DNA from: Phycisphaerae bacterium
GTDB taxonomy: Bacteria > Planctomycetota > Phycisphaerae > UBA1845
NCBI GenBank assembly: GCA_963666835.2
Contig: CAXXGO010000006.1
Coordinates: forward strand, 1,280,001 to 1,344,000
Direction: 5' to 3'
Length of the DNA stretch: 64,000 nt
The stretch's first letter is position 1. Every line of letters begins with the position of its first letter. Below the pieces are notes generated by a model. The model saw only the letters and a program-made list of their open reading frames with translations, searched no databases and was not told the DNA's origin. Shown here one piece after another: positions 37,783 to 48,852 of this stretch. Position numbers and translations under genes: made by a program.

Positions 37783-39326
37783 GCCTCCTCAGCAGAATTT
37801 GTGGTGGATTTTCGGTTCGGGTAGTTTGCCAAGTGCGTGATATAGGGCGACTTCCGCGGCCTTTAGCTCTCGAAAGCCGTAGGCTCTTCTGATGGTCAGT
37901 TTGACCTTGTTGTTGAGTCCCTCCACGATCCCGGACGAATACTGCTTTCTCGCCGCAAACCAATTCAAGATCAGGTTCTCATGAGCACGCAGACTGCGCG
38001 CGACTTTCTTAATCGGTTCAAGCCGGCTGCGCATGGCCCGTTGAATCCACCCCTTCAGAAATCGTCCTGCCCAGTGGTATGACTCGTAATCCCAGAGCGC
38101 CTGGAAGCTGTCCTTGAGCAGGTAGGCCCGGATGCTCTTGAGGTTGTATCGCATCAGTTCGCTGAGCTTGGCTCCCTGTTTGTTCGTCAGGTTCGCGGGA
38201 CGCTTCAGCAGGCACCACCGGCTGTGCTTCAGCACCGGGTCGAAACCTTCGCGTGCCAGTTCCTTCGCCTCGGCCGCCCGGACCTCGTCAACCGCCTTGT
38301 TCAGCCTGGCCACGATGTGGAACCGATCCAGAATGTGAATCGCGTCGGGGATCTTCTTCCGGATCACGCGCAGGTAGGGCTGCCACATATCGCTGCAGAC
38401 GTAACGGATTCCGGCTGATCGCGGCTTGCCCATCATGCGAAAGAAACGCAGGAAGCTCTTGGCGGTGCGATCCTGCCCGATCCACAGCAGACGCCGGCAC
38501 GAGTTCTCAATCTGGTAGACCAACGTCAGATACCGATGTCCTTTTTGGAACTGAATCTCATCGACGCCGATGGCGGCGACGTTGTCCAAATCCCGGTGTT
38601 TCAGGCCGTATTCGACGACCCAGGCAACCGAGCGGTAGACCGTGTCCCAGCTGGTCTTGAACACCGTGGCCACCTCTTTCCAACTCAGGCGGCGCGCCCA
38701 CCGAGCGAGGAACAGCGCGTGAGCGTTGGTGATTCGCTTCTTACCGTCCGCCCAAGGCAACAGTTCGACCTTCACGCCGCAATCCTCGCACTTGACGCGG
38801 CGGGGTGCGTAGAGCATCACAACCGGCAAGGCCCACAGCGGAATGAACGAGAACGATCGTCTCGGCATTCGGTCGTAGGCCTTGCCTCGGCGGCCGCAAC
38901 CCGAGCAGAACGGACGGCTGCCGCGTCGCGGCCGGATTTCGCCTTCCAGCGTCATGGGATCCGAATCACGGAATCGAACGTCTCCGTAGACGAAGCCCTT
39001 GACTTTGTGGACGCGATTGAGGATGGTCTTCACTTGCATCGTTCGTTTTCTCCGGGTTGATGTCTTCGCAAACACCAATTTACCGGATTCTCGAACGATG
39101 CACTTCTTTTGTCCCGGACACAAGCCGGCCTCTGCCCGTTCCGTCACGTAAACCAAACGCTGCCTCCAGGCCCCTGTAGCTCCGTCACCCTCGGCGTCGG
39201 TCTCACCCGACTAGGGCCGACGCCGAGGGGGACGGTGCGGAAGGGGCCGCCCCGGACAGCTCCCGAGCCGGAGGCCGAGGATCACCTCAACCTATGAAAT
39301 CCTTCCACAGATTCGGCGGAAGAACC
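37783..39326 (-). mobile_element. ISL3-family insertion sequence (1544 bp)
   Basis: Imperfect IRs GCCTCCTCAGCAGAATTTGTGG and GGTTCTTCCGCCGAATCTGTGG; 8-bp TSD GAAAAACA at 37775-37782 and 39327-39334; intact transposase. Confidence 0.92.
37789..39039 (-). CDS. ISL3 family transposase
   Basis: Zn finger CSGC...CEDC, IGVDE, CSDMWQPY, DRFH, SSGIVEGLNNKVK...RRAYGFR. Confidence 0.95.
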   Translation of the reverse strand: MQVKTILNRVHKVKGFVYGDVRFRDSDPMTLEGEIRPRRGSRPFCSGCGRRGKAYDRMPRRSFSFIPLWALPVVMLYAPRRVKCEDCGVKVELLPWADGKKRITNAHALFLARWARRLSWKEVATVFKTSWDTVYRSVAWVVEYGLKHRDLDNVAAIGVDEIQFQKGHRYLTLVYQIENSCRRLLWIGQDRTAKSFLRFFRMMGKPRSAGIRYVCSDMWQPYLRVIRKKIPDAIHILDRFHIVARLNKAVDEVRAAEAKELAREGFDPVLKHSRWCLLKRPANLTNKQGAKLSELMRYNLKSIRAYLLKDSFQALWDYESYHWAGRFLKGWIQRAMRSRLEPIKKVARSLRAHENLILNWFAARKQYSSGIVEGLNNKVKLTIRRAYGFRELKAAEVALYHALGKLPEPKIHHKFC

Positions 39327-39444
39327 GAAAAACAAGGGTTTTCCGTCGTAGTCGGTTCAGAAAAGTGCTCGAATCAGGTCCGCGGCGCCTGCATAAACTC
39401 CGTCTGGAGAGCGCCAGAGCCGATTCGACCCCGTGAACGGTTAC

Positions 39445-40053
39445 AACGTAGGCATACCTATCTCGACGATCAAGATTGTCAATGACCTTCTGCAGTTCGA
39501 CGACCTCAATCGGGCATTCAGGCCAGTTGTGCTTCCAACAGACGATTACGTCGCAGGCGTTGGGGTCGTGACCGTGGTCACGAGAGTTCCGGGACCGGAA
39601 CTCGAACTCAATCCGAACTCGCTGCCAGCGTTCATTCCGTTGGTCAATGCGCCTCTTGGCTTCGCAATCTGGGAATGTCGCATGAACGGCCTCGACGATG
39701 TATCCTAGTTCATCGCTGACCATTCCGAACAGGAACACTACGCCTTGCTCATTGATGGGCGTGCGTTTGAAACCTTCGCCATGGAGTTTGGCCTTGTTTA
39801 TGACAATCGAGGCGTAGATGAAATCAAATTCGCGCACGCACTCAAAGAACGCTTTGCGCACATGGTCCTTTCTGGCGACGAAATGATACTCATGCGTGCG
39901 ACCTTGGCGAAGGGCAAGACGTTCTATCGCGCGAGCGCAGCGAGTTGCCTCGTGACGATCCATGAAGAGCACCGCGGCAACCACGAAATACGCGGAGGAG
40001 TTCTCCTTGAGTTTCAGCCCCGTGTCGCCGGACTCGTCAACGAAAACTAGCAT
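39445..40053 (-). pseudogene. Chimeric ORF: DUF3800-like N-terminus fused to a PD-(D/E)XK nuclease-like C-terminus, 3' end cut by the MITE
   Basis: MLVFVDESGDTG...YFVVAAV (DUF3800-like) joined to NEQGVVFLFG...FPDCEAK...IEFEFRSRN...HDP..CDVIVCW. Confidence 0.6.
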
Positions 40054-40412
40054 CCGCGCCTTATTCCACTCGGATTGGGAAACATAGAAGCCTGGTAAAC
40101 CAAGATCCTCGATGAACCAACCGGTTTTATTGTCCCCCAGCATCCCGTGCGGACGTGCGATGGCTGGGTGATCCGTCTCGAACTCATCCGACTCTCTTGT
40201 CAGAAGCAGGCGTGGTGGAGTACACATACATCATTGGAACTGGCTGGCCTTGAAGGCGCTCGCGCCTGGCTAGCTTTCAGGCATCCCCCGACACTTCGCA
40301 ACCACGTTTCGCCCTCGCCCGGTCCTTGAGGTTAGGTTTTTGCCAGGGCTGCCGACGATCCATGAGTCGCTCGTATTCCTATACCTTTCTGAGTTTAGAG
40401 CAAGGAAACGCA

Positions 40413-40508
40413 CGGGAGTGGATGGGAATCGAACCCACCAGGAGCCGCGTAAACGACCCCTCAACGGCTTTGAAGGCCGCGGGACCCACCAGGTGTCCGG
40501 ACACTCCC
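40413..40508 (-). tRNA. selC: tRNA-Sec (anticodon TCA)
   Basis: Minus strand GGGAGTGT...GCGGC-CTTCAAA-GCCGT, long variable arm, GTGGG-TTCGATT-CCCAT, CCACTCCC-G discriminator; 96 nt. Confidence 0.92.
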
Positions 40509-40637
40509 GGGTAGTGGGTCGGAATGTACCATGATCGGCCCACGGATCAACTTCGGGCCACGAGCAACCCGGCGGGGACGTGTTCAAAAGGAGAAGCAAA
40601 GCACCGCGGAGGTTAACGATATCCGCCTTCAATCGAT

Positions 40638-40667
40638 GGCAGGTCTCGTTCCTCGACCGTGCCCTAC
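40638..40667 (-). repeat. Single REP-A copy downstream of rpoD
   Basis: GGCAGGTCTCGTTCCTCGACCGTGCCCTAC, identical to the RAYT-flanking REP. Confidence 0.85.
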
Positions 40668-40702
40668 CAAGCTGACCCTGCACGGGTCAAACAGCCACGA
40701 CG

Positions 40703-42442
40703 TCAGGCGGAAACCGAACTTACGTTCTCAAGGAAGCCCTCGAGCTTGCGGGCGCGGACCGGGTGCTGCAGCTTCCGGATGGCCTTGGCTTCAACCTGGC
40801 GGACGCGCTCGCGGGTGACCTTGAAGATCTTGCCGACCTCTTCGAGCGTATAGGTGTAGCCGTCCCCGATGCCGTAGCGGAGTTTGATAATCTCGCGCTC
40901 GCGGTACGTGAGTGTCTTGAGCACTTCTTCCACGCGGTCCTTGAGCATCTCCCCACCGGCCGTCGAAACCGGGGAATCGGCACTGTCGTCTTCGATGAAA
41001 TCGCCGAAGTACGAATCCTCGCTCTCGCCTACCGGGCGGTCCAGCGATATCGGATGACGGGAGATCTTCAGAACGCGCCGGGCTTCGCTTACCGGCATCT
41101 TCGCGCGGCGGGCGATTTCGTCGATGGTCGGCTCGCGGCCGATCTCCTGCAGAAGCTCTTTGCTGATATTGCGCAGCCGGCTCATCGTCTCGATCATGTG
41201 GACGGGGATCCGGATCGTCCGCGCGTGATCGGCAATCGCCCGGGTGATCGCCTGACGAATCCACCACGTGGCGTACGTGCTGAACTTGTAGCCGCGCTTG
41301 TACTCGTATTTGTCCACCGCCCGCATCAGCCCGGTGTTGCCCTCCTGGATGATGTCCAGAAAGCTCAGCCCGCGATTGCGATACTTCTTCGCAATGCTGA
41401 CCACCAACCGAAGGTTCCCGCCGGAGAGCTTCCGCTTGGCGTCCTCATACTCGCTGAAGACGCGGCGGATGGACTTGAGGCGGTCGGCCAGAGATTCCGA
41501 TTGCTGCAAGCACAACGACTCCAGCCCGGAAAGCTCTTCCTGCATGGCCTGCAGATCCTCGTCCGGCATGGTCTGCCGTTTGTTCTGCCCGGCGATGTGC
41601 CTTTCGAGTTCCCTCATTTTGCGATGCAGCCCAACCAGTCGCTTCATCAGCGGCTGAATACGGCTCGTGCGCAGGGACAGCTCTTCCAGAAGCTTCGAGA
41701 TTTTCCGACGGCGCTCGCGGATTCCCCGACTAAGAGCCCGGCGCGTGGCGGCCGCCAGTCGGCTGGCCTGCAACTGGCGCCAAGCCTCTTCGTTACGCTC
41801 CATTAAAGCTCGAACCGTCTCAAGGTTCACGGGGATTCGGGCGCTGATCCGAGACTTCGCCGCGTGCTCCGACGTGGAGATCTTCATCGTCCGGTCGAAC
41901 GGCAAACGGCTGTCATGGACCTGCTGCAGAATATCCACCGCCAAGCCCGCGCAGTAATCGCTCTTGAGCACCTTCTGCCGGAACGCCATCCGGGTCAGCT
42001 CAATCTTCTTCGCGAGACGGATCTCTTCGGGCCGGGTCAGGAGTGGAATCTCACCCATCTGGGTAAGGTACATTCGCACCGGATCGTCGATCCGCTTGGC
42101 CCCGACCTCATCGGTCAAAACCTTGGTGAGGTTCTTCGCCCGGGCATCTCCGTCGAAATCGGCATCTTGCTCGTCGTCTTTCGAAGCCTCACTCGCTCTG
42201 GTCTCGGCCGCTTGCCGCGCGTGCCGCCGGGCTTCGATCTCGTCCAGAGTCTCGATCTTGGCCTCTTCGAGCCGGACCATGATCATTTCCAGCCGGGCCG
42301 GGTCGATGGCATCATCCGGGAGGATCTCATTCATCTCTTCCCAGGTGACATAGCCTCGTTTCTTACCCAGACCCAGCAGCTCGTCTACCGCGACCTGGAT
42401 TGGGTCCGGCTCGTTACCTTGTTGGTCCATAGCGTCGATCAT
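40703..42442 (-). CDS. rpoD: RNA polymerase primary sigma factor
   Basis: Region 1.1, [57 protein letters not shown] overlap with dnaG. Confidence 0.96.
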   Translation of the reverse strand: MIDAMDQQGNEPDPIQVAVDELLGLGKKRGYVTWEEMNEILPDDAIDPARLEMIMVRLEEAKIETLDEIEARRHARQAAETRASEASKDDEQDADFDGDARAKNLTKVLTDEVGAKRIDDPVRMYLTQMGEIPLLTRPEEIRLAKKIELTRMAFRQKVLKSDYCAGLAVDILQQVHDSRLPFDRTMKISTSEHAAKSRISARIPVNLETVRALMERNEEAWRQLQASRLAAATRRALSRGIRERRRKISKLLEELSLRTSRIQPLMKRLVGLHRKMRELERHIAGQNKRQTMPDEDLQAMQEELSGLESLCLQQSESLADRLKSIRRVFSEYEDAKRKLSGGNLRLVVSIAKKYRNRGLSFLDIIQEGNTGLMRAVDKYEYKRGYKFSTYATWWIRQAITRAIADHARTIRIPVHMIETMSRLRNISKELLQEIGREPTIDEIARRAKMPVSEARRVLKISRHPISLDRPVGESEDSYFGDFIEDDSADSPVSTAGGEMLKDRVEEVLKTLTYREREIIKLRYGIGDGYTYTLEEVGKIFKVTRERVRQVEAKAIRKLQHPVRARKLEGFLENVSSVSA

Positions 42443-44316
42443 GGTTGCTCCCGACTGACATTAGGCACCACCGATTCCTCGGGCAGGATCTCCGGATCGC
42501 TTATCGTCCGCCGGATCAGTCGCCGAGGTGCGAAGTGACGATGTCCCTTCGCGCCGTCGTGACATACTGCCAACCGATCGGACGTCCCGCCATCACTCGA
42601 TAGTCCGGATGCCGTGTGCCGTGCCATGTCCACTGCGGTATCGGACGACGCACTTTTCAAGCGCTCAATCGCCGACCGCAGTCTTACCTCGTAATTCCCT
42701 AGTTCCTCTCCCCGTGATGCCAGCTCCGTGACCCTCTCGGCGTCGGCCGGATCAACACACCGGGCCAACACGTCCGCCAGGTGGAACTCGCCCAATTCGT
42801 CCGCCAACGCGAGCACGAGCCCGGCGATTCGCCGGTCCCGCTCGTCCATAATCGCGCTCGGATCACCGGGACTCCCCACTACCCCCAGCAAACCGGGTTC
42901 GTTGAGCAGCACTTCCAGTATATGCCGCCACACCGCCTGTTTCTGGCCGCGTGGGACATCGGGCGTCCGTTGGCGCAAGTTATGGGTCTCAGCCCCCCAC
43001 CCCCTCGGCTTGTCACCGAGGCGAGCAAGAGCGCGAAGCACCTCCCGACTATCAATCCGAAGCACATGGGCTACCTGATTGGCCAGCAGCCCGCGCTGGA
43101 TCTCGTCTACCGCCCCCGAGTTGAAAGACTCTGCAACAACCCGAAGGAAATCTAGAATCGCCTCGCGGCGTCCGGTGTCCGACGCGCCCCCATCAAACCG
43201 GGCTCGGGTCTGGCACCATTTGAATTCTAGCGCGTCAACCGCGCCATTCAATACGTCCGAAAACCGTTCTGCCCCGGCATTATTGAGGAATTCGGACGGA
43301 TCCTTACCCTCCGGGATCCGCGCCAACCGCACCGCAATGCACCGCGGCAGAGCCACGTGGATCGCCCGGTCGGCCGCCGCCTCCCCGGCAGCGTCCGAGT
43401 CAAAAAGCAGAATCAACTCCTCGCAATATCGCCGAAGGAGATTAACCTGGGCTTCGGTCAAAGCAGTACCCAGCGTCGCCACCGTCTCCGTGAAACCGGC
43501 CTGATGCGCGGCGATGCAGTCGGTATAACCCTCCACAAGAATCGCACGATGCCGCGAAGAGATCGCGTCGCGGGCCAGGTCGATTCCGTACAATCCGCGC
43601 CCCTTGTCAAACAGGGCGTTCTGGCGGGTGTTGAGATACTTCGCCCGATCGTCCGCAAGCGTACGACCACCGAAACCAACCACTCGGCGCGTGCTATCGC
43701 TGATCGGGAACATCAATCGGTTGCGAAACGTCTCGTAGGTCCGACCGGTTTCGTCGGACCGCAGCAGATCCGCCGCCAGCAATAGAACCTCTCCGAATCC
43801 GGCACGGGCAGCCGCGTTCCGCAGTTCCCCGCCGTCAGTTGTGGCCAGCCCGATGTTGAAACGCTCCGCGGTCCCCTTAGAGATCCCTCTGGTGTCCAGA
43901 TACTCGCGCGTACTTTGCCCGATCGATCCATCGAGCAGATTCTGCCGAAAGAACCGCGTCGCCCAGTCATTGACTTTCGCCAGATCCGTACGGCTCGGCC
44001 CGCCGGCGGACGGACCCCGAGCAGTGTCGGACAAATCCACCCCGACTCGATCTGCCAGGATCTTCATGGCCTCCATGAACTGGACGTTCTCCCGCGCCTG
44101 CACGAACGAGAAGATGTCTCCGCCTTTACCGCACCCGAAACACTTGAACAAGCCGAGATCCGGGTTCACCGTAAATGACGGGGTCTTCTCGCTGTGGAAC
44201 GGGCACAAGCCTACCCATCGCCGCCCGCGCTGCTTGAGCGTAACGTGCTCGGACACAACATCAACGATGTCGACGCGCTCAAGAACCTGTCGTTTCTTTG
44301 ACTCGAAATCGTGCAA
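42439..44316 (-). CDS. dnaG: DNA primase
   Basis: [11 protein letters not shown] and CFGC zinc finger, KYLNT, VEGYTD, FDSDAAG, GKDPSE. Confidence 0.96.
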   Translation of the reverse strand: MHDFESKKRQVLERVDIVDVVSEHVTLKQRGRRWVGLCPFHSEKTPSFTVNPDLGLFKCFGCGKGGDIFSFVQARENVQFMEAMKILADRVGVDLSDTARGPSAGGPSRTDLAKVNDWATRFFRQNLLDGSIGQSTREYLDTRGISKGTAERFNIGLATTDGGELRNAAARAGFGEVLLLAADLLRSDETGRTYETFRNRLMFPISDSTRRVVGFGGRTLADDRAKYLNTRQNALFDKGRGLYGIDLARDAISSRHRAILVEGYTDCIAAHQAGFTETVATLGTALTEAQVNLLRRYCEELILLFDSDAAGEAAADRAIHVALPRCIAVRLARIPEGKDPSEFLNNAGAERFSDVLNGAVDALEFKWCQTRARFDGGASDTGRREAILDFLRVVAESFNSGAVDEIQRGLLANQVAHVLRIDSREVLRALARLGDKPRGWGAETHNLRQRTPDVPRGQKQAVWRHILEVLLNEPGLLGVVGSPGDPSAIMDERDRRIAGLVLALADELGEFHLADVLARCVDPADAERVTELASRGEELGNYEVRLRSAIERLKSASSDTAVDMARHTASGLSSDGGTSDRLAVCHDGAKGHRHFAPRRLIRRTISDPEILPEESVVPNVSREQP

Positions 44317-44532
44317 GGATGAGCGACCTTCAGTATGCGACGAAGAAATCGCGAGAGACCTCTTCCACCTCCGCAGAAACTACGCCGGAACCACTAGCGG
44401 CAGTCAAGATTTAGGGGTTTCGAATATCCGAGCAATTCAATTATACACCACGTTTCCCGGACCGTCAAACCGGAAACGTATGCGCACAAAGAACTTGCGG
44501 CTGCTCTTACCTGAGTTTCGGTTGATGATTCC

Positions 44533-45934
44533 CTATCGTTGCGCTGTTCGCCCGGAGTATCCCAGGAAATTCAGGAATACATCTTGTGACATAACCGGAA
44601 CTGACAGGTTCCGGGCGGACGTCAAGGTATCCATGTAGCTCTGCCAAGCGGCTTGATCGCCCCGGACTTCCGTGTCGCCCGTGGCTGCCCGCGGGCGGCG
44701 CGGAGCGGCGCCGGCAACGACGAAATCGGTCATGGCCGTGAGCTCGTTCGTGGTCTCGCCACCCCAATCCGCTACGATTGACTCAATCGCGGCGCGTCCG
44801 TCCGGGTCCACCGTGCCGTCGTAGTCGAGGTCAAACCCACCGATGGTAAGGAAAACAAGCCGACGCTTCGGGTCGTAGACCGGATTAGCGATCAAGTCCC
44901 CTTCGAGCACCACCTGGTTGGGTTCGAGACGTACGATCTTGCACTCGGCCGATGATCGATCGATCGAGACGACTTCGATCTGGGCCTTGCTGTAGCCGCT
45001 CGCCGGGATTCCGGTGCTCGCCGAGTATACCGAGAACTGCAGCCCGAGGGTCAGTTGGTTCTCACTGCCCAGGTTGACATACACGACATCGTCCCCGGGA
45101 ACCGCGGTCAGAATCTGTCCGTCCGGCTGGCGGGCGGTTACCAGCTCCGCCGGGCCGATCATCAGTTCACCGAACTTCTCCTGCTGGTCCACGAACCGCT
45201 GGCGAAGCTCGCGAAGATCTCGCTCCAAACTGGCGACCCGCTGCCGCTCAGCGGTCAGGTCGGCCACCGCCTGGGTGCGACTGCTCTCGAAGTCCTGCTC
45301 CATCCGGGCAACAGCTTCATCCCGTTCGGTGCGGTACGCCTTATGATCGGCCTCAAGCTGAGCGAGCTGATCGGTGAGTTCCCCGACCCTTGTCTCGAAA
45401 TCGCTCTTCTGTTGCGCGTTGAGTTCCACCAACTTGCCAACCTCGGTATCAAGTTGGCCAACTCGACCGTCGGCCTCGGTGCGCAAGGCGTGCTCCGCCT
45501 TAAAAGCATCGTACAGGGCCTCCATGTTCCCCAAGATCGCCCCACCGGGGTACTCGTCGGCGTTGGGGACGATGTTGTCACCCTCGATCGTCGACGCAAA
45601 CTGCTCGAACCGGCGCCGGGCGGTCTCAACGTCGTCGGTCTCAGTACACCGTCGCCAGCGCGGCCATCTTCTTGCGCTCGCCTTCCAGAATGCCCACCAC
45701 GGTCGGGCCACCCTCAGCGCGCGACCGGGCGTTGCGCACCAATTCCACCGAACGTTGTTCATCCGGGCTTATCAGCTTGTCCTTGTCCGCTTGGAGGCTG
45801 TTTATCTGCGTATGCAACTCCTCCTGGCCGGTGTAGAGCACCACCAGGAACACGGTAGACGTGAGCCACAACGCCACGAAGATGATCATCCACACCGTGA
45901 TGGCGCCAGCGCCTTGTTGCTGTCCTCTGGCCAT
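44533..45934 (-). pseudogene. Membrane-anchored coiled-coil protein with C-terminal BRCT-like domain; +1 frameshift near 45648 (possibly a sequencing error)
   Basis: GGAGG RBS then MARGQQQ..TM; span 1402 bp = 3n+1. Removing one T in ACGGTGTACTGAG joins the two ORFs (LATGTETDD). BRCT-like WGGETTNELTAMTDFVVAG. Confidence 0.75.
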
Positions 45935-46199
45935 CTGCGACCGACCTCCAATAGTCTGATTCTGCGTGGTTGCGAGTAGGCGACGTCCCCCACGCGCCAA
46001 CAGTCTTCCACCGCGACCCCCGCGGCCGAACACCACTCCCCGTCGCCGGGGCAGCGCCGGCCAGGGAGCACGCGTAACGCCACTGCTAAGCCGGATCAGC
46101 CTCGATCCGACCACGCGGTGGACCGGGATTGTTGAAGATAAAGGGGATTCTGTCAAGATTACACAGGATCCCAATACCCGTTCCATCCGCCCGGGCCGA

Positions 46200-47507
46200 T
46201 TAGCCCTCGAATTCCCGAATGACCAGGGCGTCGTTCTGTCCACCGAACCCGAACCCGTTCGACAGGCACGTTCGGACGTTAACCGCACGGGCTTCGTTCG
46301 GAACGTAATCCAAATCACAATTCGGATCGGGCTCCCGGTAGTTGGTGGTCGGCGGCAGCATGTTGTCGCGAATCGCCAGAACGCAGGTGATAACCTCCAC
46401 GGCTCCCGCGGCCGCTATCAGATGCCCCAGCATGCTCTTGACACTGCTTATAGGAACATCCTTCGCCCGATCCCCGAGCACCTTACGGATCGCGAGCGTC
46501 TCGATCTTGTCGTTCTCCTCCGTCCCGGTCCCGTGGGCGGAGATGTAGTCAATGTCCTGGAATGCCGACCCCCGCGTTGCTCAGCGCCGCTCGCATGGCC
46601 GCGATGCCCCCTCGGCCATCTTCGTGAATGTCCGTAATCCGGAAAGCATCTGCAGTAGAGCCGAATCCAATAACTTCAGCCTGAACCTTGGCCCCGCGAC
46701 GCCTGGCGTGCTCCAGTTCTTCGAGAACAACGATTCCTGCCCCCTCGCCGAGCACGAAACCGTCTCTGGTGCGGTCGAATGGGCGAGAGGCGGTGGCGAT
46801 ATCGTCGTTGCGGGTCGAAAGGGCGGTCAGACGGTTGAAACCGGTCACACCAAGCGGGTGGATCATGCTGGTGGGCTGCCACCGGTGATCATCAGATCTG
46901 CGTCACCGCTTCGAATAAGGTGCATAGCCTCACCGATTGCCTGGGTGCTGGCCGCACATGCGGTAAGGGTGTTGACGCTCGGTCCTTGGGCGTTGAACAG
47001 GTTGGCGAGATGCCCGCCGGCCAGGTTAGGCTCCTGCTCCAACTCGTTCTCGGAGTTGAGCAGTTTCATGGCCTCCTCGGCCCATCGGACGGTGTCGAGC
47101 GGAGTCGTCTCGCCGGCGGCGTTTCGACAACCGGCAAGGGCCGCCGCCGCGAACGGAGAGAAGTCCAACGGACCTTCCCCGCCCCCGAGGTAGATCCCGA
47201 CCCGTGTGGGATCAAGCTGGGCATACGCTCTCAACCCGGCGTGTTCCCAAGCCTTGACGGCGGCGGCAAGGGCGAACTGGGTATTGCGGCTGGCACCCTT
47301 GTGCGTCTCGGCGTCGGCACCGAGGAACTCGTCGAGCGCGAAGTCCTTGACCTCAGCCGAGAACGACGACGGAAACGTCGAAGCGTCGAACAGAGTGGTG
47401 CGGGCTAAGCCGCTTTCACCGGCGAGCAGGGCTTTCCAGACGCCCTCAATGTCGGTTCCGAGCGGGGTTATCCACCCCAGGCCTGTGATGACAGTGCGTC
47501 GCTCCAC
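46200..47507 (-). pseudogene. fabF: Beta-ketoacyl-ACP synthase II (FabF-like) split into three frames by small insertions
   Basis: TACAAS, AHGTGT and KSMLGH all present across the fragments; two extra C near 46870 (AGCCCACCAGCATG vs AGCCACAGCATG) and one near 46560 (ATTCCAG). Confidence 0.85.
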
Positions 47508-47511
47508 GGGA

Positions 47512-48852
47512 TTACTCCTCATACCGCTTAATCACCGCCGCGCCGATCTGACCACCGGACAACGCATGCCCCGAAGAAACCGCGTGCGTAATCTTGGCGT
47601 CGACGGGATCATTCTGCCGGAAGCGGAACCGGCTCACGGAATCCGATTGGTCAGTATTCAGCGAGGCGGGCACCATACTGCGATGCACCGCCAATACGGC
47701 TGCGGCGAAGTCTATGGCTCCGGACCCGGCCCCGTTATTGCCGGTGGCGCCGCGGGTGGTCAATGCCGGAATATCGTCGAGTCGATCACCGAAAACGGCG
47801 TTCCACCCGGCCATCTCGGAGGCATCGCTCTCCACGACCCCGGTCCCAAAGGGTGCCGCCAGTTGGACCTGATCGGCGCCGATCCCTGCCGCGGTCATAG
47901 CCTTCTGAAGAGCCAGCGCCACCGCCCGCCCTTCCGGATCCGGCTTGGACCAATGGTAACTGTCGCTGCTGGCCCCGAACCCCGCAAACTCGGCGTAGAT
48001 TCTGGCTTGGCGTGCCTTGGCGTGTTCCAGGGACTCCAGGATAACCAATCCGCCGCCCTCTGCGGCTACGGTACCAGCCCGGCTCTCTCCGAACGGTTGA
48101 CACGCCCGCGTCGGATCATCGTTGGCGTCGACATTGATCAGCCCGAGCAGCTCACGGCGGGCCATTGCCATCGGGTTGATTCGCGCTTCCGCCCCGCCGC
48201 AGATGCACACGTCCGCGTCGCCGCGTGCTATGGTGCGGTAGGCTTCACCGATAGCGAGATGGCTGGACGCTTCCCCGCACGTAATCGTGTTCGACGGCGC
48301 CTGGGCGTCGTGGATGATCGTTACGTGGCAGGCAAGCATATTCGGCAGGAACTTCAGCAGCCACAGCGGGGTGAGGTTCTCCATACCCTCACCGCCCCAG
48401 AGCTTCAAATCGAAGGCCCCTTCGGAGTCGGCGGCGGTCGCCAGCGCTCCGGCCAGCTCGTTAAGGTCGGCACAGACCAGCCCCGCCCCGATGTTGGCCC
48501 CGAACCTGGTGCTATCGACGTTCGCCGGGGCAGGCGCCTCGCCGCGTTCCAGAATGCACTTGGTACGCAAACCGGCATCCGTCACTGCATGATAGGCGCA
48601 CATTACGGCGATCTTGATGTCTCGTGACATCACCTTGGCACTTTTTCGGTACGTCTTAGGAATGAAGTCGCCCAGTTTGAAGGACGGAAGTTCTCCGCCA
48701 ATCTGCGACGCCAGCCCCGCCGGATCGAACGCTTCCACCCGGGCGATGCCGCAGCGTTGCTCCATCAGGGCGTCCCAGAATGCGTCGACCCCTATACCGA
48801 TGGGCGTAGCCACACCCAACCCGGTGACTACAACACGTCGCTTACGTTCCAT
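47512..48852 (-). CDS. Ketosynthase-family protein lacking both catalytic His (chain-length-factor-like)
   Basis: RVVVTGLG, TITCGEASS and AEGGG present, but PFGTGV replaces HGTGT and RGATGN replaces KSxxGH. Confidence 0.85.
   Translation of the reverse strand: MERKRRVVVTGLGVATPIGIGVDAFWDALMEQRCGIARVEAFDPAGLASQIGGELPSFKLGDFIPKTYRKSAKVMSRDIKIAVMCAYHAVTDAGLRTKCILERGEAPAPANVDSTRFGANIGAGLVCADLNELAGALATAADSEGAFDLKLWGGEGMENLTPLWLLKFLPNMLACHVTIIHDAQAPSNTITCGEASSHLAIGEAYRTIARGDADVCICGGAEARINPMAMARRELLGLINVDANDDPTRACQPFGESRAGTVAAEGGGLVILESLEHAKARQARIYAEFAGFGASSDSYHWSKPDPEGRAVALALQKAMTAAGIGADQVQLAAPFGTGVVESDASEMAGWNAVFGDRLDDIPALTTRGATGNNGAGSGAIDFAAAVLAVHRSMVPASLNTDQSDSVSRFRFRQNDPVDAKITHAVSSGHALSGGQIGAAVIKRYEE

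Larger units (their letters stand above)
37749..39444. mobile_element. IS66-type MITE (144 bp when reconstituted) interrupted by ISL3
   Basis: Perfect 18-bp TIRs GTAACCGTTCACGGGGTC (37749-37766) and GACCCCGTGAACGGTTAC (39427-39444); 8-bp direct repeat AACGTAGG at 37741-37748 and 39445-39452. Confidence 0.88.

Noticed and set aside
34501..40412. Intact prophage or integrative element at the tRNAs
   Set aside because: No integrase, phage genes or att repeat seen.
45641..46865. Selenocysteine read-through of the internal TGA codons (tRNA-Sec is nearby)
   Set aside because: Homologous sequence continues in a different frame, so these are frameshifts and not in-frame UGA recoding.
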